Shown: one piece after another, positions 59,834-64,000 of the stretch | Position numbering within the stretch: the first letter of the stretch is position 1 | Layout of the letters: each line of letters starts with the position of its first letter | NCBI GenBank assembly: GCA_963849085.1 | Contig: CAWKFP010000007.1 | Span: 20,893 to 84,892 of the forward strand | Reading direction: 5' to 3' | Origin: an uncultured Solirubrobacteraceae bacterium | GTDB taxonomy: Bacteria; Actinomycetota; Thermoleophilia; Solirubrobacterales; Solirubrobacteraceae | Length of the DNA stretch: 64,000 bases | Notes under the pieces: model-generated | Told to the model about the DNA's origin: nothing | Databases searched by the model: none | What the model saw: the letters and a program-made list of their open reading frames with translations, nothing else | Made by a program: the position numbers and the translations under genes

Positions 59834-62116
59834 ATGAGTCGTCTTCTTCTCGTCCCGCTCGATGACGTCGTCGTCTTCCCCGGGATGTCGCTCACGCTGG
59901 CGATCGACGCCGGCGATGAGGAGCGGGTTCTGCTCGTGCCCCGCCACGGGGGCGAGTTCGCGGCCGTGGGTACGGTCGCCGAAGTGACCGACCGCGTGCG
60001 CCTGCCCGGCGGCGGCCGCGCCTTTGCCCTGCAGGGCCAGCATCGTGGCGTCGCCGGTGCCGCCCACAACATGCCCGACGGCCGCCTGTTCGTCGAGGTC
60101 GAGGAACAGCCCGACCCCGTCCCGGTCGACGGCAGGACGCGCAATCTCGAGCGCGAGTACCGCGCCGTCGTCGAGGAGATCCTCGAGGTCCGCGGCGATG
60201 ACGGGCGCATCTCGGCCTTCCTGCGCAGCATCTCGGAGCCCGGCACGCTCGCCGACACGAGCGGCTACAGCCCTGATCTCAACTACGACCAGAAGGTCCG
60301 CCTGCTGCAGACGCTCGACGTGACCGAGCGGCTCGAGCTGGCGCTCGAGTATCAGCGCGAGCGGCTCGCCGAGCTCCAGGTCCGCAAGCGGATCCGCGAC
60401 GACGTCGAATCGGGCGCCGAGAAGCAGCAGCGGGAGTACTTCCTGCGCAAGCAGATGGAGTCGATCCGCAAGGAGCTCGACGAGGACGATGCCTCGATCG
60501 TCGAGGAGTATCGGACGAAGATCGAGGACGCCGGGATGCCCGAGCACGCCAAGGAGCAGGCCGTGAAGGAGCTCGGCCGTCTGGAGCGGATGGGCGAGCA
60601 GTCGGCGGAGTCAAGTGTCATCCGGACATATCTGGACTGGCTGATCGCGGTGCCGTGGAGCACGACCTCCGAGGAGAAGCTCGATCCGGAGGACGCCCGC
60701 AGGGTCCTCGACGAGGATCACGCCGGTCTTGACGATGTCAAGGACCGGATCGTCGAGTACATCGCGGTCAAGAAGCTGCGCGTCGAGCGCGGGATCACCG
60801 AGGACAAGCGCTCCGGCACGATCCTGACGCTGATCGGACCGCCCGGCACCGGCAAGACCTCGATCGGCGAGTCGATCGCGCGGGCGACCGGGCGCAAGTT
60901 CGTCCGCATGTCGCTCGGCGGAGTGAGGGACGAGGCCGAGATCCGCGGCCACCGGCGGACGTACATCGGCGCCCTCCCCGGCCGGCTGGTCCGCGCCCTG
61001 CGGGATGCCGGGACGATGAACCCGGTGATCATGCTCGACGAGGTCGACAAGGTCGGCGCCGACTGGCGCGGCGACCCGTCGGCGGCCCTGCTCGAGGTCC
61101 TCGACCCCGCGCAGAACCACTCGTTCCGTGACCACTATCTCGATCTCGAGCTCGACCTCAGCGGGGTGATGTTCATCGCCACGGCGAACGTCGCCGACAC
61201 GATCCCCGGCCCGCTGCTGGACCGCATGGAGGTCATCCGCTTCGACGGCTACACGACCTATGAGAAGGTGGCGATCGCCCGCGGCTATCTGTGGCCGCGT
61301 CAGCTGGAGCGCAACGGCCTGCGGTCCGAGGAGGTGGAGATCTCCGATCAGATGCTGGAGACGGTGACGACCGAGTACACGCGGGAGGCCGGCGTCCGCC
61401 AGCTGGAGCGTGACCTCGGCACGCTGCTGCGCAAGACCGCCACGCGGGTGGCGTCTCACAAGGCGACGCCTCCGGTGACGATCGACCTCGAGCAGATCCG
61501 CGACGCGCTCGGACGCCAGCGTCACTTCCAGGAGTCGGCGATCCGCACTGCGGTGCCCGGCGTGGCCACCGGCCTGGCGGTCACCGGCGCCGGCGGCGAC
61601 GTGCTGTTCGTCGAGGCGACGGCGATGCCCGGCAAGCCGGGATTGACCCTGACCGGCCAGCTCGGCGACGTCATGAAGGAGTCGGCGCAGATCGCGCTCT
61701 CCTACGTCCGCGGCCACACCGCGGAGCTCGGGATCGAGGACCCGCACTTCGAGGAGCGCTCGTTCCACGTGCACGTACCGGCGGGCGCGATCCCCAAGGA
61801 CGGCCCCAGCGCCGGTGTGACGATGGTGACCGCACTGACCTCGCTGCTGACCGGACGGCCCGTCAAGCACACCGTCGGGATGACCGGCGAGGTGACGCTC
61901 CAGGGCCGGGTCCTGCCGATCGGCGGGCTCAAGCAGAAGGTGCTGGCCGCGCACGCCGCCGGGCTGACCGACGTCGTGCTCCCGGAGCGCAACCGCGGCG
62001 ACCTCGACGACGTCCCGGAGGAGGTCCGCCAGGAGATGGCGTTCCATTTCGCGATGACGATCGACGAGGTGCTGAACGTCGCGCTGGAGCCGGCGGCGGT
62101 CACCGCCGGCGCGTGA
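59834..62116 (+). CDS. lon: ATP-dependent Lon protease (LonA)
   Basis: LON N-domain, Walker A GPPGTGKTS, Walker B IMLDEVDK, protease Ser-Lys dyad (DGPSAGVTMVTAL...GGLKQKVLAA). Confidence 0.95.
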   Translation: MSRLLLVPLDDVVVFPGMSLTLAIDAGDEERVLLVPRHGGEFAAVGTVAEVTDRVRLPGGGRAFALQGQHRGVAGAAHNMPDGRLFVEVEEQPDPVPVDGRTRNLEREYRAVVEEILEVRGDDGRISAFLRSISEPGTLADTSGYSPDLNYDQKVRLLQTLDVTERLELALEYQRERLAELQVRKRIRDDVESGAEKQQREYFLRKQMESIRKELDEDDASIVEEYRTKIEDAGMPEHAKEQAVKELGRLERMGEQSAESSVIRTYLDWLIAVPWSTTSEEKLDPEDARRVLDEDHAGLDDVKDRIVEYIAVKKLRVERGITEDKRSGTILTLIGPPGTGKTSIGESIARATGRKFVRMSLGGVRDEAEIRGHRRTYIGALPGRLVRALRDAGTMNPVIMLDEVDKVGADWRGDPSAALLEVLDPAQNHSFRDHYLDLELDLSGVMFIATANVADTIPGPLLDRMEVIRFDGYTTYEKVAIARGYLWPRQLERNGLRSEEVEISDQMLETVTTEYTREAGVRQLERDLGTLLRKTATRVASHKATPPVTIDLEQIRDALGRQRHFQESAIRTAVPGVATGLAVTGAGGDVLFVEATAMPGKPGLTLTGQLGDVMKESAQIALSYVRGHTAELGIEDPHFEERSFHVHVPAGAIPKDGPSAGVTMVTALTSLLTGRPVKHTVGMTGEVTLQGRVLPIGGLKQKVLAAHAAGLTDVVLPERNRGDLDDVPEEVRQEMAFHFAMTIDEVLNVALEPAAVTAGA

Positions 62117-62134
62117 CTCACGGACTGACCTGAT

Positions 62135-62174
62135 GCGCCGGTGCCGACGAGCGGACGCTCACCGGCACCGGCGC
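62135..62174 (+). terminator. 12-bp GC hairpin 19 nt after the lon stop
   Basis: GCGCCGGTGCCG (62135-62146), 16-nt loop, CGGCACCGGCGC (62163-62174). No U-tract, which is common in high-GC actinobacteria. Confidence 0.5.
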
Positions 62175-62340
62175 CGTCGTCCTTGAGGCCCGAGAAGAGA
62201 ATCTGACGGCTGCGGGGCCGGAGCCGTACAAACACGCACCTCGCCGCTGAGTGCGGCGCGGCGATTGATACGTTCGCATTCCTCGATCGGGAGACGGGTC
62301 GGGGACCGCTGGGTGGATGCAAAGCGGAAAGCGAGGGCAC

Positions 62341-64000
62341 ATGAGTACTCGACGTCATACGCCGGGACGGCCGGCGCGCGCGATCGGCGCCGCGGTCATC
62401 CTGGCCGCGGTCATCTCGGTCATCTCGGCCATATCGGCCGGGCCGGGAGTCGCCCGGGCGGATGCGGGACCGACAGCCGGCCTGACCGCGGCGACCGGAG
62501 CGCCGACCGTGACCGGCGCGCGGACGGCGATCTTCAACGGCCAGGTGCAGACCGGCGCCATGACGTCGTACGCCTTCCAGTACGGCGACGCCGGCTCGGC
62601 GTGGTGTCAGTCCGGCGGGACGTCCGGCGCACCGGCGGCGACGACGATCGCTCAGCGGCTCAGCGCCCGGGTCTCAGAAGCGCTGGTCAGCCTGCCGGTC
62701 GCCGGCCTCGTTCCGGGCGACGCGTACTGCGATCAGCTCGTGGCCACCGACCGCGGCGGCAGTGGCGAGGGCGGCACGACCGAGTTCACCGCCGGCGCGC
62801 CCTCGGCGCAGACCGGCGCGGCCGACACCGGGTCGCTCGGCACCGCGACGGTCCGGGGATCGGTCGATCCCTCCGGCCAGCTCACCACCGTGCGGGTCGA
62901 CTACGACACCGCCGGCTCGCCGTGGTGCGCGAGCTCGGGCGCGAGCGGCACCCCGACGTATGCCACCCGATCCTGGATCCTCGACGCCCGGGACGACGCC
63001 GGCCACGAGGTGTCGGCCGAGCTGACCGGCCTGCACGCGGGCAGCGGCTACTGCGCGGCGATCACGGCGACGAACGCCTCGGCCAGCGACCAGGGGGCGC
63101 CGGACACCTTCACCGAGGGTCAGGCGGCGGTGACCACCCTCGACGCCGTCGACACCGGTCAGAGCACCGCCGAGATCGACGGGACGGTCGACCCCGGCGG
63201 GCGGCCGAGCGCCTACTTCGCGCAGTACGGCCCATCCGGCTCGCGCTGGTGTCAGAGCTCAGGTGCACACGGCGTGGCTCCCGGCCGCACCCCCGCGCAG
63301 GACCTGGCGGTCGACGACGCCGTCTCCCACGCGGTGGCGGTGACGATCTCCGGCCTGACCGCGGGGTCGGCGTACTGCGCGGAGGTGGCGGCGCGCACCC
63401 CCGTGGGCACCGTCGCCTCGGGATTCGTCGACTCGTTCGTCGCCGGCGCGCCGAGCGCGGTCACCGACGACGCCAACGCCGCGGGCCTGACGTCGGCGGT
63501 CGTCGACGGGCAGGTCGATCCCGAGGGCGCGGCGACCACGTACGCGGTTCAGTACGCGCTCGCCGGCTCGAACTGGTGCACGACCGGCGTCGGCACCCCG
63601 GACGCGACGGCGGCGGTCGCCCTGCCCTCGACCGCTCCCGGGCCCGTCAACGTCTCGATCCCGATCGCCGGCCTGAGCACCGGGACGGCGTACTGTGCGG
63701 CGCTCACCGCCACCAACGCCTCGGGCACGAACGGCGGCGCGCCGGTGCAGTTCACGACCGGCTCGGCGCCGACCGCGGTCGCCCTCACCGCGCCGACGAC
63801 GATCACCGGCGCGGGGACCGCGACGCTCAACGGCCAGGTCGACACCGGCGGACCGGCGGCCGGCTATCAGTTCGACTACGCCCCGAACGGCAGCGCGTGG
63901 TGCGCGAGCGGCGGGGCCACCGGAAGCCCGGCGCAGACCCCGAGCCAGACGGCGACCGGCACGCCGACGCCCGTCACCGCCGACCTCACCGGCCTGGTCG
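62341..64000 (+). CDS. secreted protein of tandem FN3-like repeats with a conserved Cys pair (partial; continues past the right edge)
   Basis: ATG 62341 after GCGAGGG. I translated all 553 codons by hand and found no stop. Signal peptide AIGAAVILAAVISVISAISAGPGVARA. At least 5 units of about 105 aa with Y.FQYG...GS.WC.S.G and GL..G..YC. Absent from the ORF track. Confidence 0.8.
   Translation, partial: MSTRRHTPGRPARAIGAAVILAAVISVISAISAGPGVARADAGPTAGLTAATGAPTVTGARTAIFNGQVQTGAMTSYAFQYGDAGSAWCQSGGTSGAPAATTIAQRLSARVSEALVSLPVAGLVPGDAYCDQLVATDRGGSGEGGTTEFTAGAPSAQTGAADTGSLGTATVRGSVDPSGQLTTVRVDYDTAGSPWCASSGASGTPTYATRSWILDARDDAGHEVSAELTGLHAGSGYCAAITATNASASDQGAPDTFTEGQAAVTTLDAVDTGQSTAEIDGTVDPGGRPSAYFAQYGPSGSRWCQSSGAHGVAPGRTPAQDLAVDDAVSHAVAVTISGLTAGSAYCAEVAARTPVGTVASGFVDSFVAGAPSAVTDDANAAGLTSAVVDGQVDPEGAATTYAVQYALAGSNWCTTGVGTPDATAAVALPSTAPGPVNVSIPIAGLSTGTAYCAALTATNASGTNGGAPVQFTTGSAPTAVALTAPTTITGAGTATLNGQVDTGGPAAGYQFDYAPNGSAWCASGGATGSPAQTPSQTATGTPTPVTADLTGLV

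Noticed and set aside
62175-62340. ydaO (cyclic-di-AMP) or another riboswitch upstream of the secreted FN3-repeat gene.
   Set aside because: Only short fragments (GGGGACC, CACCTCG) resemble the motif, and they occur in the wrong order. I cannot support a named RNA family without a covariance-model scan.

Overview
High-GC (about 72%) actinobacterial-type chromosomal segment. The module content, with many secreted Ig/FN3-repeat proteins, suggests a Thermoleophilia/Solirubrobacterales-like genome, but that is only a guess. I saw no rRNA, tRNA, CRISPR, transposase or prophage genes. The coding content, left to right, is as follows. (1) A single-domain response regulator and a convergent PAS-rich hybrid histidine kinase. 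(2) A 2640-aa secreted sedolisin(S53)-FN3 protein carrying about 20 tandem Ig-like repeats, followed by an SRPBCC protein and a second S53 peptidase with a pro-kumamolisin prodomain. (3) A long minus-strand sugar operon in the aglR-EFGAK order (LacI, SBP, two permeases, GH13 alpha-glucosidase, ATPase), extended by an SDR and a DUF4032 kinase-like gene, with a GH3 beta-glucosidase upstream. (4) A 49-aa small ORF plus an MFS transporter. (5) Several secreted or lipoproteins: a beta-propeller, an M23-like lipoprotein and an FG-GAP-like protein. (6) Housekeeping and accessory enzymes: VOC, alpha/beta hydrolase, SGNH lipase, YciI with an ECF sigma, a TAT intradiol dioxygenase, tandem USP, FKBP, glutaryl-CoA dehydrogenase and a cupredoxin. 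(7) A LysM-DUF4397 protein divergent from a membrane regulator that combines a sigma region-4-like HTH with an RskA-like domain. (8) A minus-strand run of esterase, amidase and DUF3089 lipase, then P450, TetR, BVMO and SDR. (9) aceE-aceF-lpd, with an extra lipoyl domain on E3. (10) A DUF559 protein, a tail-anchored repeat protein divergent from lon, and an open-ended secreted FN3-like repeat protein. Two edge-truncated genes (1-198 minus, 62341-64000 plus) and one small ORF (27561-27710) are missing from the supplied ORF track. The observations most worth a second look are these. First, the HD(I/V)LAAEEF repeat protein paired with lon through a HAIR-like palindrome. Second, the small ORF followed by a hairpin that holds the MFS start codon in its loop. 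Third, the GC-rich minisatellites filling the gaps after stop codons, one of which is a dense G-quadruplex-type array. Fourth, the giant protease-adhesin. All functional calls come from motif recognition by eye; no database search was run.
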